Positions 31,612 to 43,694 of a stretch of DNA of 64,000 nucleotides are shown in pieces. Location: NCBI GenBank assembly GCA_963848295.1, contig CAWKDB010000010.1:256001-320000 (forward strand), in the 5' to 3' direction. Below the pieces are notes generated by a model that was not told the origin of the DNA, searched no databases, and was given only the letters and a program-made list of their open reading frames with translations. Within the stretch, counting starts at the first letter, position 1. Each line of letters opens with the position of its first letter. A program made the translations under genes and the position numbers. Source of the stretch: an uncultured delta proteobacterium (GTDB lineage: Bacteria; Myxococcota_A; Polyangia; Haliangiales; Haliangiaceae).

Positions 31612-32589
31612 CTACGGCGAGCGCGCCGTGGCCATGTACAAGTCGTAGCTGCCGCCGACGTCGGACGCGAAGTACATCCGGCAAAAGTCGCGCGACAACC
31701 AGCCGTCGCCGTCGTTGCCGTCGCCGTTGACGCCGGCGATCTCGTACGCGGTGCCGAACGCGTCGCCGATCGCGTCGCGCGTCGCGTACCAGAGGTTGAC
31801 CCCTGCGTGGGTCGCGGACCGGCTCGACGAGAACGTGATGACGAGCTCGTCGAGCGACAGCGCCGGATCGGCCTCGCCGTTGCCGGTGTTGAGCTCGGCG
31901 ATCGGGGTTGGCACGCTCCAGTCGTCGTCGAGCCCATTGCGCGTCGCGAACGCGAGGTGCTGGTTCACCGCATCGGTCGGCGCGAAGTAGAGATGCAACC
32001 CGTCTGGCGTGATCAGCGCGTCGTACTCGCTCGCCGACGTGTTGACGTTGCCGAGATGGTCGAACGTCGGCGCCATGAACGCCATGGTGGTGTTGTTGCG
32101 GCTCGCCTGCCAGATGTTGGTATCGGTCTCCATCGGTGCCGCCGGGTGACTGCTCGAGATCACCGCGAGCAGCCCGTCGTCGGTGAACGACATCTTGCCT
32201 TCGTAGTCCGCCGTGTTGACCGCACCGGGCAGCTCGATCGGCGGCGGAAACGTGTCGCCCACGGTCGCCCGCGTAGCGATCCAGATGTCCGCGCTCATGC
32301 TCGGTGGGCGGTCGGACGACAAGATCAGCGTCAGCTCGTCGGAGCTGAGGAACGGATCGCGATCGATCGTCGGGCTGTTGACGCCCGCGAGCGCGACCGG
32401 CGCGGCGAACTGGATCGTGTGATCCATCCAGTGCGCCTGGCAGCTCTCCTGCGGGATCGCGTCGGACCCGCTGCCCGCATCGGACCCCGCGTCGCTCGCG
32501 TGAGGTGCGGCGTCGATGGTGTCGGCGCCTGGTGGGGTGAACGAGCAGGCCGCGGTGGCCATCATGCACGCCAACAGCTCCGGCCGCAT
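31612..32589 (-). CDS. Lipoprotein with PD40/TolB-like beta-propeller repeats
   Basis: Lipobox TAAC; repeats (V/L)N(S/T)...D.P.LS.D.L...FSS.R....(D/N)(I/L)W.A(T/S)R. Confidence 0.8.
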   Translation of the reverse strand: MRPELLACMMATAACSFTPPGADTIDAAPHASDAGSDAGSGSDAIPQESCQAHWMDHTIQFAAPVALAGVNSPTIDRDPFLSSDELTLILSSDRPPSMSADIWIATRATVGDTFPPPIELPGAVNTADYEGKMSFTDDGLLAVISSSHPAAPMETDTNIWQASRNNTTMAFMAPTFDHLGNVNTSASEYDALITPDGLHLYFAPTDAVNQHLAFATRNGLDDDWSVPTPIAELNTGNGEADPALSLDELVITFSSSRSATHAGVNLWYATRDAIGDAFGTAYEIAGVNGDGNDGDGWLSRDFCRMYFASDVGGSYDLYMATARSP

Positions 32590-32600
32590 GAGCCAGCGTA

Positions 32601-33803
32601 TCACGTGCGGCGAGCGAGCTCCGACGCGATCCGCAGGCGCAGCGCGTTGAGCTTGATGAAGCCCTGCGCGTCGCGTTGGTCGTAGACCGAATCCTCCTCG
32701 AACGTAACGATGTCGGGGCGGTAGAGGCTGCGGGAGGCCTTGCGGCCGAGCACCGTCACGCTGCCTTTGTACAGGCGAAGGCGCGCGGTCCCCGTGATCG
32801 CCTGGGCGATGTCGTCGAACATGCCCTGCAGCGCGACGCGCTCCGGCGCGAACCAGAACCCGTTGTAGACCAGCGCCGCGTAGCGCGGCATCAGATCGTG
32901 GCGCAGCCGCAGCACCTCGCGATCGAGCGCGAGCGATTCGACCGCCGATCGCGCGTGATGCAGCACCGTCCCACCCGGGGTCTCGTAGACGCCGCGCGAC
33001 TTCATGCCGACGAACCGATTCTCGACGAGATCGACGCGCCCGACCCCGTGCTCGCCGGCGATCACGTTGAGCTTCGCGAGGATCTCGACCGGGCCGAGCC
33101 GTTGGCCATCGATGGCGACCGCGTCGCCCGCTTCGTAGTCGATCTCGATCACCCGCGGCTCGTCGGGCGCGGCCTGTGGATCGCGCGTGAGCTTGAACAT
33201 CGTGGGATCGGGCTCGCGCCACGGATCTTCGAGCACGCCGCCCTCGTAGCTCGTATGGAGCAAGTTGCGGTCGACCGAGTACGGCTTGTCGGCGGTCGCT
33301 TCGATCGGGATGCGATGCTGCTTGGTGTACTCGATCAGCTCGCGCCGGCCTTTGAACTCCCACTCGCGCCATGGAGCGACGATCTTGATGCCCGGGCGAA
33401 AGTGATACGCGGCGAGCTCGAACCGGACCTGGTCGTTGCCCTTGCCGGTCGCGCCGTGGCCGATCGCGTCGGCGTCCTCGGCATCGGCGGCCTCCATCAA
33501 GCCGCGCGCGATGCACGGTCGCGCGAGCGCGGTGCCGAGCAGGTACTGCTGTTCGTAGAGCGCCCCAGCGCGGAGCGCGGGCCACACGTAGTCGCGCACG
33601 AACTCGAGGCGCAGATCGCGCACGACCGCTTTCTGTGCGCCGACCGCGAGCGCCTTCGTACGCGCGGCCTCGAGATCTTCGTCCTGGCCGACGTCGGCGC
33701 AGAAGCACACGATCTCGCAGCGATACTTTTCAGCGATCCAGCGAACGGCGACGGACGTATCGAGACCGCCGGAGTAAGCGAGCACGACCTTGCGGAGCGA
33801 CAT
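32601..33803 (-). CDS. argG: Argininosuccinate synthase
   Basis: LAYSGGLDTS, HGATGKGNDQVRFE, ENRFVGMKSRGVYETPGG. Confidence 0.97.
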   Translation of the reverse strand: MSLRKVVLAYSGGLDTSVAVRWIAEKYRCEIVCFCADVGQDEDLEAARTKALAVGAQKAVVRDLRLEFVRDYVWPALRAGALYEQQYLLGTALARPCIARGLMEAADAEDADAIGHGATGKGNDQVRFELAAYHFRPGIKIVAPWREWEFKGRRELIEYTKQHRIPIEATADKPYSVDRNLLHTSYEGGVLEDPWREPDPTMFKLTRDPQAAPDEPRVIEIDYEAGDAVAIDGQRLGPVEILAKLNVIAGEHGVGRVDLVENRFVGMKSRGVYETPGGTVLHHARSAVESLALDREVLRLRHDLMPRYAALVYNGFWFAPERVALQGMFDDIAQAITGTARLRLYKGSVTVLGRKASRSLYRPDIVTFEEDSVYDQRDAQGFIKLNALRLRIASELARRT

Positions 33804-33872
33804 CGCGCGCTTATAGCGCAGCTCGGCGCGAACCGTGCGGCGAATCCGGCTTCACTTCGCGCTGCACCGCGG

Positions 33873-35522
33873 TCACCGCAGGATGCCGCGGAGGAACAGC
33901 TGGCAGAGATGGCGGAACGCCTCGATCCGCGGCATGCCCGAGACGTCGAGTAGCTCGTCGACGGTGAGCTGGCCATCGATCCGCGACAGCAAGAACGCCG
34001 CGCGCGGCGAGATCTGCGCGCTCGATAGCTCGTGCAGCGGCCGCGCGAGCACGGGCTGGCGCTCGAGGTTGCCGAGGAACGCCTGGAACACCGCCATGAC
34101 GGTGTCGCGGTTGCGATGGATCAGCTTCTGGCCGAGCGCGCTGTTCGGGTCGTCGGACAGCGCGAGCTCGATCGCCGCCACTGCCTTGTCGAGCTCGCCC
34201 GCGCGCTGATACGCGAGCGCCTTGGCGAACAGCGTCGTGACGCGGCGGCGGGTGCGGTCTTCGGCGACCTCGCCGTCTGGCGTCTCCTCGTCCAGATCAT
34301 CGAGCATCTGCGCGCTGCGCGCGTCGATCGGATCGAACGGCAGCGCGACGTCCTTCTTCGTACCCTCCGACATCGCGCGCGCCGCGGCGTGCTCTCGAAT
34401 CGCCCGGACATCGGCTTCGCGCGTCGGCGCTTCTTCATCGATGCCGCCGGTGCCGGCGCGTGGCCGCAGGCCGAGCTCGCGGGTCGGCGCGGTCACCAGC
34501 GGATCGCGCGTCTGGTGCGGCTGAGCGCGCGGTAACGCCTGGGTCGGATCGCGCTCGAGATCGCGCGTCTTCGCGCTCGACACCGCGATGTCTTCGGGCG
34601 CCTCTGCGGCGAGCTCCGGGAGCGAGGGCGGCGCGAGCTCGAGCTCGCTGGCTCGCGGCTCGAGCCCCATCCCGGGCCAGGTCGCGACGGGCGGCGGCGC
34701 GGATCCATCGACCGCAGCGAGCTCGATCGTCGGCGCGAGCCCGACCTGCTCGGCCGGTTGCGGCGTGCGTACCGTGATCTTGAGCTCGGCGGGTGGCGGT
34801 GGCTCGCCAGCCGGGCGCACGAAGCCGAGGTCGCGCTTCTTGAGCTCGGTGTGCTGCGCGGCGAACCCGACCGGCGTGCCCGATTCGTGCTCGAACCCGG
34901 GCGTCTCGTAGTCGCCCTTGGTCGCGAACTCGTTGCTCGGCTCGAGCAGCTCGACGAGCCCGGCGGGCGGCCGGCCCGCGCCACCGACGTACTCTCGCGT
35001 GTTGTCCTCGAACGATACCTCTGCGGTCTCCGCGAGCTGAGGTCGCTCGCCCGGCGGCGGCTCCTCGGCGTCGAGCTCGATCGAGACCCGACCGGACGAG
35101 GTGCGCGCCGGCGTCGGGGCTGGCTCGGCGACGGCGCGCGGCACCGGCACGACGATGCCCTGCTTCGTGATCGCGCGTTGAACCTCGGCCTCGATATCCC
35201 AGCCTTGATCGAGCTCGTTGGCCCCCGCACGAGGGGTCGCTGCTGCGGCGGCGGCTTGCTCGCCAGGCAAGATCTCGATCTGATACTCGGGCTCCTCCTC
35301 GATCGCGAACGGCGCCCCGCCGGCGTTCGCGACCGGCTCGTCGGTCTCGGCCAGCAGCTCATAGTTCGCACGCACGTAGTCGACGTAGCTGTTCGCGAGC
35401 ACGTGCTCGGGCTGGATCGTCAGTGCCTCTTCCCAAGCGAGCAACGCACCGTCGAGATCGCCCGCGCCATATCGGGCCAGACCGTCCTCGATCAGCCGGT
35501 CGATATCGGAGCTGCCCGCCAC
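33873..35522 (-). CDS. Hypothetical protein: TPR-like ends, acidic disordered middle, C-terminal wHTH-like motif
   Basis: N-terminal TPR-like helix pair; C-terminal FLLSRIDGQLTVDELLDVSGMPR. Confidence 0.65.
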   Translation of the reverse strand: MAGSSDIDRLIEDGLARYGAGDLDGALLAWEEALTIQPEHVLANSYVDYVRANYELLAETDEPVANAGGAPFAIEEEPEYQIEILPGEQAAAAAATPRAGANELDQGWDIEAEVQRAITKQGIVVPVPRAVAEPAPTPARTSSGRVSIELDAEEPPPGERPQLAETAEVSFEDNTREYVGGAGRPPAGLVELLEPSNEFATKGDYETPGFEHESGTPVGFAAQHTELKKRDLGFVRPAGEPPPPAELKITVRTPQPAEQVGLAPTIELAAVDGSAPPPVATWPGMGLEPRASELELAPPSLPELAAEAPEDIAVSSAKTRDLERDPTQALPRAQPHQTRDPLVTAPTRELGLRPRAGTGGIDEEAPTREADVRAIREHAAARAMSEGTKKDVALPFDPIDARSAQMLDDLDEETPDGEVAEDRTRRRVTTLFAKALAYQRAGELDKAVAAIELALSDDPNSALGQKLIHRNRDTVMAVFQAFLGNLERQPVLARPLHELSSAQISPRAAFLLSRIDGQLTVDELLDVSGMPRIEAFRHLCQLFLRGILR

Positions 35523-35528
35523 GTCTGG

Positions 35529-37363
<1,835 letters not shown>

Positions 37364-37577
37364 CGACGCTATTTTCCACCCGGTTTCGGCATATTCGCCA
37401 GCATCGCGGACCAGGAAATCGTAGGCTTCGCGCTCGGTGCGTCGGGTAGTCATCCTGCTCGGCGTCTTGACGGCGTGCCAAAGTGGGGCGGCGCGAACGC
37501 GCCCGCCGGCCGCCGGTCCATGCTCCGCAATCGCTGCGTAACATTCCGGACGCGAACCGTGTGTTACGACCGCGGAC

Positions 37578-38336
37578 ATGAAGAACCCATGGCTGTTCGC
37601 GCTCGGGATCGCAGGACTGGCCGCGTGCGGTGGCGGTGGCGGCGGTGGCGGTGGCGGCGGCGGTTCGCCCGATGGCGGAACGTCGATCCCGAGCGAAGGG
37701 ATCTCGATCGCGGCAGCGAACGTCCACCAGATCGGGTCGGTCGATGGCCAGGGCCCCAGCACGGGCCATCTGCTGGTCGCGGCCGATATCACGCTGACCG
37801 ACAACGGAGCGAAGGCGGCTGCGCTCGATCCCCAGCTGTTCGCGATCGAGACCCAGGCTGGTGTCGCGTTCAGCGGCAGCGCGCTGACCGCCGACTATCC
37901 GAGCGGCTGCCTCGCGACCGCATCGGTCGAGCCCGGCGCGCACGGCTCGTGCAGCGCGGTGTTCGAGGTCGACTCGAACATGCTGAAGGCGCTGACCTAC
38001 ACGCTCCCCGACAATACGGTCGCGAGCGTGACGATCACGCTCGGCGCATCGACCGCGATCGGCCAGGCCTGCGACGCGACCCACACCTGCCCCGACGACT
38101 ACGACTGCACCGGCACGCCGACGACCACGTGCGAGCTCCGCTGCGACACCTCGGTGCCGACGACCTGCCAGGACGCCTATCCCGGCCCCGGCACCGCGGC
38201 GTGCTTCGCGCCCGGCGGGACCGGCACGCAAGCCTATTGCATCGTGACCTGCAACAGCACCGAGCCCTGCCCCGGCATCCTGATGTGCAGCTCGACGACG
38301 TCTCAAGAGGGCGTGTGCGGCGGCATCCCGGAGTGA
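37578..38336 (+). CDS. Lipoprotein with poly-Gly linker and Cys-rich C-terminus
   Basis: Lipobox LAAC followed by a Gly run. Confidence 0.65.
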   Translation: MKNPWLFALGIAGLAACGGGGGGGGGGGGSPDGGTSIPSEGISIAAANVHQIGSVDGQGPSTGHLLVAADITLTDNGAKAAALDPQLFAIETQAGVAFSGSALTADYPSGCLATASVEPGAHGSCSAVFEVDSNMLKALTYTLPDNTVASVTITLGASTAIGQACDATHTCPDDYDCTGTPTTTCELRCDTSVPTTCQDAYPGPGTAACFAPGGTGTQAYCIVTCNSTEPCPGILMCSSTTSQEGVCGGIPE

Positions 38337-38391
38337 CGCCGGCGGCGCGATCGGTTTCGCAAAGCGATGACCGCCGCGCTATGCCTCGGCG

Positions 38392-39099
38392 ATGACGTCA
38401 CGAATCGCCATCACCGTCGCGCTCGTGGTCGGTTGCGGCGGTGGTGCGACCGCGCCGCAAGCGGCGCCCGGCGACGAGACCCAGCCGCACGTGTTCAAGC
38501 GCGACTTCGGCAAGGCCGGCTCTTGGCGCTACGACTACAAGCAGCGGATGACGATGGACAAGGACGTCGTCGAAGCGAGCGGCGAGCTGCGCATCGACAG
38601 CCGCCGTGATCACACCGCGGCCGCGACGCTCGATGCATCGATGACGGTCGGCGGCCATCGCGAGAAGGTGCCGGCGACGACGTTTCAACTGACCGAAGAC
38701 GCGAGCGCCCCGAAAACGGTGGACGGCGACGAGAGCCGCGCGTTGACCGATCTGCTCGTGCCGTTGCCGCACAAGCCGCTGGGCATCGGCGACTCCGATA
38801 CGACGACGTTCACGATGCCGGCGAACCTCGGCGCGGTCACGTCAATCTCGGGGCCGCTCACGCTCGAGCTCACAGGCTACGACACGGTCGGCGGGCGGCG
38901 GTGCGCGAAGGTCAAGACGACGCTGCGGGTCGACGACAAGTCGAACGGAGCGAAGATGACGATCGACGGCACGTCGTGCCTCGACCTCGTCGACGCGCTC
39001 GTCGTCGACAGCAAGCTCGACATCGACATGGAGCTCGCCGGCAGCAGCACGACGCCCGCGATGAAGTTCACCGGCGTGCTCGAGCTCGCGCGCAAGTAG
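38392..39099 (+). CDS. Hypothetical lipoprotein
   Basis: Lipobox VVGC; beta-rich sequence. Confidence 0.65.
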   Translation: MTSRIAITVALVVGCGGGATAPQAAPGDETQPHVFKRDFGKAGSWRYDYKQRMTMDKDVVEASGELRIDSRRDHTAAATLDASMTVGGHREKVPATTFQLTEDASAPKTVDGDESRALTDLLVPLPHKPLGIGDSDTTTFTMPANLGAVTSISGPLTLELTGYDTVGGRRCAKVKTTLRVDDKSNGAKMTIDGTSCLDLVDALVVDSKLDIDMELAGSSTTPAMKFTGVLELARK

Positions 39100-39110
39100 A
39101 ACGCGCGGAG

Positions 39111-40220
39111 TCAGCTCGGATTCGCCGCGAGCTGGCGGCGAACCTCGGCGAGATCGTTGCGGAGCTCGGACGTCAACACGTCGTTCTCGCTCTTCATTGC
39201 CATCGCCATCACGAGGACCTCCTCGGCGTCGGCGAGCTTGCCGGCGGCGCGAAACGCCTGGGCGAGCAGGCGCGCGCTCGACGGGTCGTCGGGTGCCTGG
39301 GTCTGCGCCTTCTTGGCGTACTCGAGCGCGGTCCTCGGCTGATGCGCAGCGAGCGCACAACTGGCCGCGCGCCGCAGGTAGCGGGTCTGCGGATCGACGC
39401 GCACCGCCGCGGCGAACAGCTTCATGCCCTCGAGCGCGTCGCCCGAGACCTCGAGGGCACACGCGCGCTCGAACAACTCGGCGGCGTACGCCTGCGGGGT
39501 CTGCGGCGCTTCGGGCGTGACCGAGGCCGTCGTCGCGCGCGGCTTGTCGGGGCTGGTCAGCCTCGCGTACGCCCGACTGACCGCTTCGAACACCGTCGCC
39601 ATTCGTTCGGCGAAGCTGCCGAGCTGCTTGCCGTAGAACCGGTCAGGATGGATGTCCTTCGACAACAAGAAGTAGGCGCGCTTGAGCGTCTTGGCGTCGG
39701 CGCTGCGCGGTACGCCGAGCAACGCGTGCGGATCCTTGCCGTCGCTGAGCCGGGCCAACGCGAGCAACAGGCGCCGCTCGCCGTCGTCGAGCTCGGCGGG
39801 CTCGGCCAGGGCGGCGAGCTCGGCCGCGGTCGGGTCGGTGAGCTTGACATCGATCGTCGTCGCGACCGGGGCACGGGGCGCGCTCGCGGTCGCAGGTGCG
39901 GGTGGCGCGGCGGAGCGCAGCGGCGTCGCCCGTGCCGGCTGGGCAGGAGGAGCAGCGACAGGCGGCGTCGGCGCACCGCTCTCTCCGGCCAACATCACCG
40001 CGCCGAGCGAGCGCAGCTTGACGACGATCGCGATCGCTCGCTCGATCGGCAGCCCGGTCGCGAGCAAGATCTCGCGCAGCGTCTGGTTGCCGTCGATGCG
40101 CGAGAACAGAAAGTACTCGTCGGGCTCGACCTGCGCCTTGAGCGGATCGAACCCCGGGCTGACGCGCAGCTTCTGCGACGTCGAACCGATGCCGGCGATC
40201 TCGGCCGGGACCGCGCTCAC
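39111..40220 (-). CDS. J-domain (DnaJ-like) protein with N-terminal wHTH-like motif and C-terminal TPRs
   Basis: LLGVPRSADAKTLKRAYFLLSKDIHPDRF (HPD); N-terminal FLFSRIDG; TPR-like tail. Confidence 0.85.
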   Translation of the reverse strand: MSAVPAEIAGIGSTSQKLRVSPGFDPLKAQVEPDEYFLFSRIDGNQTLREILLATGLPIERAIAIVVKLRSLGAVMLAGESGAPTPPVAAPPAQPARATPLRSAAPPAPATASAPRAPVATTIDVKLTDPTAAELAALAEPAELDDGERRLLLALARLSDGKDPHALLGVPRSADAKTLKRAYFLLSKDIHPDRFYGKQLGSFAERMATVFEAVSRAYARLTSPDKPRATTASVTPEAPQTPQAYAAELFERACALEVSGDALEGMKLFAAAVRVDPQTRYLRRAASCALAAHQPRTALEYAKKAQTQAPDDPSSARLLAQAFRAAGKLADAEEVLVMAMAMKSENDVLTSELRNDLAEVRRQLAANPS

Positions 40221-41158
40221 GTCGTCGATCCTAGCACGTGCTCGAGGATCGCCTTGCCGACGTGCAACCGGTTCTCCGCCTGGACCCACGCGAGCGAGCG
40301 CGGGCCGTCGAGCACGTCGCCGGTGATCTCCTCGCCGCGATGCGCCGGCAAGCAGTGCAGCACGATCGCGTCGCGCGCGGCGTGGGCGAGCAACGCGGTG
40401 TCGACACAAAATCCGGAGAACGCCATCTGGCGGCGCCCCGCGTCGTCTTCCTGCCCCATCGACGCCCACACGTCGGTCGAGATCACGTTCGCGCCGGCGA
40501 CCGCTTGCCGCGGATCATCGGTCACCACGATCGAGCCTTTGCCCGCACGGCGCTGCTCGTCACGCGCACCGGCGACCAACGCAGGCTCCGGCGCGAACCC
40601 CTGCGGACAGGCGAGCCGCAGATCGAGCCCGAGCAGCCCCGCCGCTTCGATCCACGACGCGGCCATGTTGTTGCCATCGCCGACCCACGCGTAGACCAGA
40701 TCGTCGGTGCGGCCGAAGTGCTCGCGCACCGTGAACAGATCGGTCGCGACCTGACACGGGTGCTGCTGATCGGACAGGCCGTTGATGACCGGCACGCTCG
40801 CGGCGCGCGCGAGCTCGACGACCCGGTCCTGGCCATACGTGCGGATCACGATCGCGTGGCAGTAGCCCGACAGCACCCGCGCGGTATCGGCGATCGGCTC
40901 GCCGCGCGCGATCTGGCTGCCTTGGGCGGTGAGCACGACGGCGTGACCGCCGAGCTCGAATACGCCGACCTCGAACGAGACGCGGGTCCGGGTCGACGCT
41001 TTCTCGAACACGAGCGCGACCGCGCGCCCGGCGAGCGTCGTCTGGACGCGATGGATCTTGAGATCGGCGGCGCGATCCCACAGCGCGGGCCACGCGGCGG
41101 CCGGCACATCGGTGAACGTGACAAACCCACGATGAGGCTGGGGGCGGGACATGCTCAT
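40217..41158 (-). CDS. argF: Ornithine carbamoyltransferase
   Basis: FEKASTRTRVSFE, NGLSDQQHPCQ, GDGNN, TDVWASMG, HCLPAHRG. Confidence 0.95.
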   Translation of the reverse strand: MSMSRPQPHRGFVTFTDVPAAAWPALWDRAADLKIHRVQTTLAGRAVALVFEKASTRTRVSFEVGVFELGGHAVVLTAQGSQIARGEPIADTARVLSGYCHAIVIRTYGQDRVVELARAASVPVINGLSDQQHPCQVATDLFTVREHFGRTDDLVYAWVGDGNNMAASWIEAAGLLGLDLRLACPQGFAPEPALVAGARDEQRRAGKGSIVVTDDPRQAVAGANVISTDVWASMGQEDDAGRRQMAFSGFCVDTALLAHAARDAIVLHCLPAHRGEEITGDVLDGPRSLAWVQAENRLHVGKAILEHVLGSTT

Positions 41159-42385
41159 CACTTGCCCACCCCGGCGGCGAGCACCTCGTCCAGCACGCCC
41201 ACCGCCTCGTCGAGCTGCTTGCGTTCGACGACGTACGGCGGCGCGAACCGGACGACCTTGTCGCCGGCGATCGACAGGAGCACGCCCTGCTCGCGACAAC
41301 ACGCGACGACCGGCGCCGGTGGGCCCGAGAGCAAGATCCCGCGCAACAGGCCGCGGCCGCGAGTCTCGAGCACGTGGCCCGGAAACCTCGCGACGAGCTC
41401 CGCGAGCTTGCCGCCGAGGTAGGTGCCGGCTTGGGCGACACGCTCGATCAACCCTTCGGTCTCGATGATGTCGAACACCGCGTTCGCCGCCCCGCACGCG
41501 AGCGGGTTGCCGCCGAACGTCGACGCATGCGGCACCGCGCCGCCGGCCTGTGCAGCGAGTCCGGCCGCGGCTTTCTCGCTCGCGGCGATCGCGCCGATCG
41601 GAACACCACCGCCGAGCCCCTTCGCCAGCGTCATCACGTCGGGCACGACGTCGTCGTGCTGGTATCCGAACCATCGCCCGGTCCGGCCCATGCCGGTCTG
41701 CACCTCGTCGAAGATCAACACCGTGCCGGTGTCGTCGCACAGCCGGCGCAGGCCGGCGAGATAGCCCGGCGGCGCGACGATGATCCCGCCCTCGGCTTGG
41801 ATCGGCTCGACGATCAGCGCACACGCGGTGCGGCGCTCGAGGGCCTTGGCCGCCGCCTCGAGGTCGCCGTACGCGATGTGCTCGACCGGTCCGACGAGCG
41901 GACCGAAACCCTCGCGATACTTCGCCTGGCCGGTGATCGCGACGGTCGCGAACGATCGGCCGTGAAAGCTCCCGGTGGTCGCGACGAACGTCGTACGCGA
42001 CGGTGCACCGGCGACGACCGCTTGATAGCGGCGGGCGAGCTTCATCGCGGCCTCGTTCGCCTCGGAGCCGGAGTTGCAGAAGAACACGCGCTTCGCGAAC
42101 GAGTGATCGCGAGATCGCCTTGGCCGCGAGCACCTGTTGGTCGTTGAAGTACAAGTTCGAGACGTGGACCAGCTTGCCGAGCTGCTCGGTGACGCGCGCG
42201 ATGAACTGCGGATGGCAATGGCCCAGGCCGCACACCGCGATCCCCGCGGTCATATCGAGATAGCGCGTGCCCGCGGCATCCCAGACCTCGCACCCGCGAC
42301 CGCGCTCGAGCACGATCGGCTGCTGCCGGTAGTTCTTGACGAGGACGCGTTCGGCCAGCGCGAGGAGATCGGCTTGCGTCTGCAC
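41158..42385 (-). CDS. argD: Acetylornithine aminotransferase; +1 frameshift near 42110
   Basis: YLDMTAGIAVCGLGH, HVSN, then FFCNSGSEANEAA, FDEVQTG, TLAKGLGGG, STFGGNP. Confidence 0.92.
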
Positions 42386-42471
42386 GGTGCGGGTGTACCA
42401 CCGTTTGTAAACTCTCCGCCGCCTAGACGTTACGGTTGACCGTTCCGCGCGACAGACTATATATCGGCGGC

Positions 42472-43518
42472 ATGAAGCGGCTAGCGATCGCGGTTTGTAT
42501 ATTGGGTGCGTCGGCCGCACATGCGGACGACCTCGTCCAGCACGGAAGCGTCCAGCGCGTGCCCGCCGATCTGCTCCGGGCGAACCTGGCAGACCCGAAG
42601 GCATCGGTCGCGCTATTCGCGGACACCGTCGCGGTCGGCGCGGTCCTGTTCGACGACGCGTCGTGCGCGAAGCAATTCGGGCACGCGGCAACGGTCAAGG
42701 GAGCTGATCGCGCAACGCTGCTGATGTGCCTCAAGGGCCTCGGGCTCGAGGCGGGCGTGGCCGATGTCGGGTCACCGATCGCGCTCGTCGGCGACAACGG
42801 CGGTGTCATCGCGTTCACGCTCAAAGGCGACAAGATCGCGGGCCTTGGCGCCGTGGCTGCGAGCTCCGCCGACGCGCGCTTGCCGACGATGCTCGCGATC
42901 ACGCCACCGTACGATCCGAGCGAAGCTACGCGGGCGGCGATCGCGTTGACCGAGAGCAAAGCGGTCCACGCGACGGTGAAGGTTTGCCTCGGCAAGGATG
43001 GCGCGGTCGCGAGCCGACGGCTCGTCACGTCGAGCGCGGCACCGGTCTACGATCAGGAGCTGCTCGCGCTGTTCGCGACTCGCGCACCGATGTTCTGGCC
43101 CGCGGTCGCGCCCGGCACCGAGGTGTGCGCGATCGTGCAGATGCAATATCCCAACGCGCGGCGGCCGCCCACGCCACCGCCACCGCCGACGTCGTCGTCA
43201 CCACCGCCGCAGCTGGTATCGCCGTCGATGCTCGAGACGTTTCGCGTTGCCGGCAGCAGGATGATCGAGCCCGACGTGGAGACAAAGACCAAGATGCAGC
43301 GCACCGGCCGCGGAAGGTTCGTCGGCTCGTTCAAGCTCTGCCTCGACACCACCGGCACACCGGTCAAGATCGTCACGATCAAGTCGAGCGGCTACCCGGA
43401 CTACGACACGAAGATCGGGACCACGATCGCGAACGACTGGCGCTACAAGCCGTTCGAGGTCAACGGCCGAGCCGTGCCGGTCTGTACCGCGGTGACGTTC
43501 ATCTACCACCAGGATTGA
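42472..43518 (+). CDS. Secreted protein with two TonB C-terminal-like domains
   Basis: Signal peptide; two repeats K(V/L)CL...G......(T/K)SS...YD; Pro-rich linker; ends WRYKPF..G..VPVCTAVTFIY. Confidence 0.65.
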   Translation: MKRLAIAVCILGASAAHADDLVQHGSVQRVPADLLRANLADPKASVALFADTVAVGAVLFDDASCAKQFGHAATVKGADRATLLMCLKGLGLEAGVADVGSPIALVGDNGGVIAFTLKGDKIAGLGAVAASSADARLPTMLAITPPYDPSEATRAAIALTESKAVHATVKVCLGKDGAVASRRLVTSSAAPVYDQELLALFATRAPMFWPAVAPGTEVCAIVQMQYPNARRPPTPPPPPTSSSPPPQLVSPSMLETFRVAGSRMIEPDVETKTKMQRTGRGRFVGSFKLCLDTTGTPVKIVTIKSSGYPDYDTKIGTTIANDWRYKPFEVNGRAVPVCTAVTFIYHQD

Positions 43519-43694
43519 TCGGCGACTGGGGCTGCGCGACCGATGGGGGTTGCGCCACCGTGATGCCGAGCGCCGCCAGATCCTGGCCGTACGCCGCGGT
43601 CTGCTCTCGGCTGAACTTCGGCGCGCAGGCAACCGAGGAGCGCGATGGTGACGAGACGCGACATCGCGCGACGGTCGCACGAACCTCGCGCTAG

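Noticed and set aside
37629..37664. GGY trinucleotide tract as a phase-variation site
   Set aside because: It is an in-frame mixed GGT/GGC poly-Gly linker after a lipobox, so slippage would not switch expression.
40217..42691. 824-aa ArgD-ArgF fusion ORF
   Set aside because: Artefact of the argD frameshift. argD ends at 41158 and argF has its own ATG.
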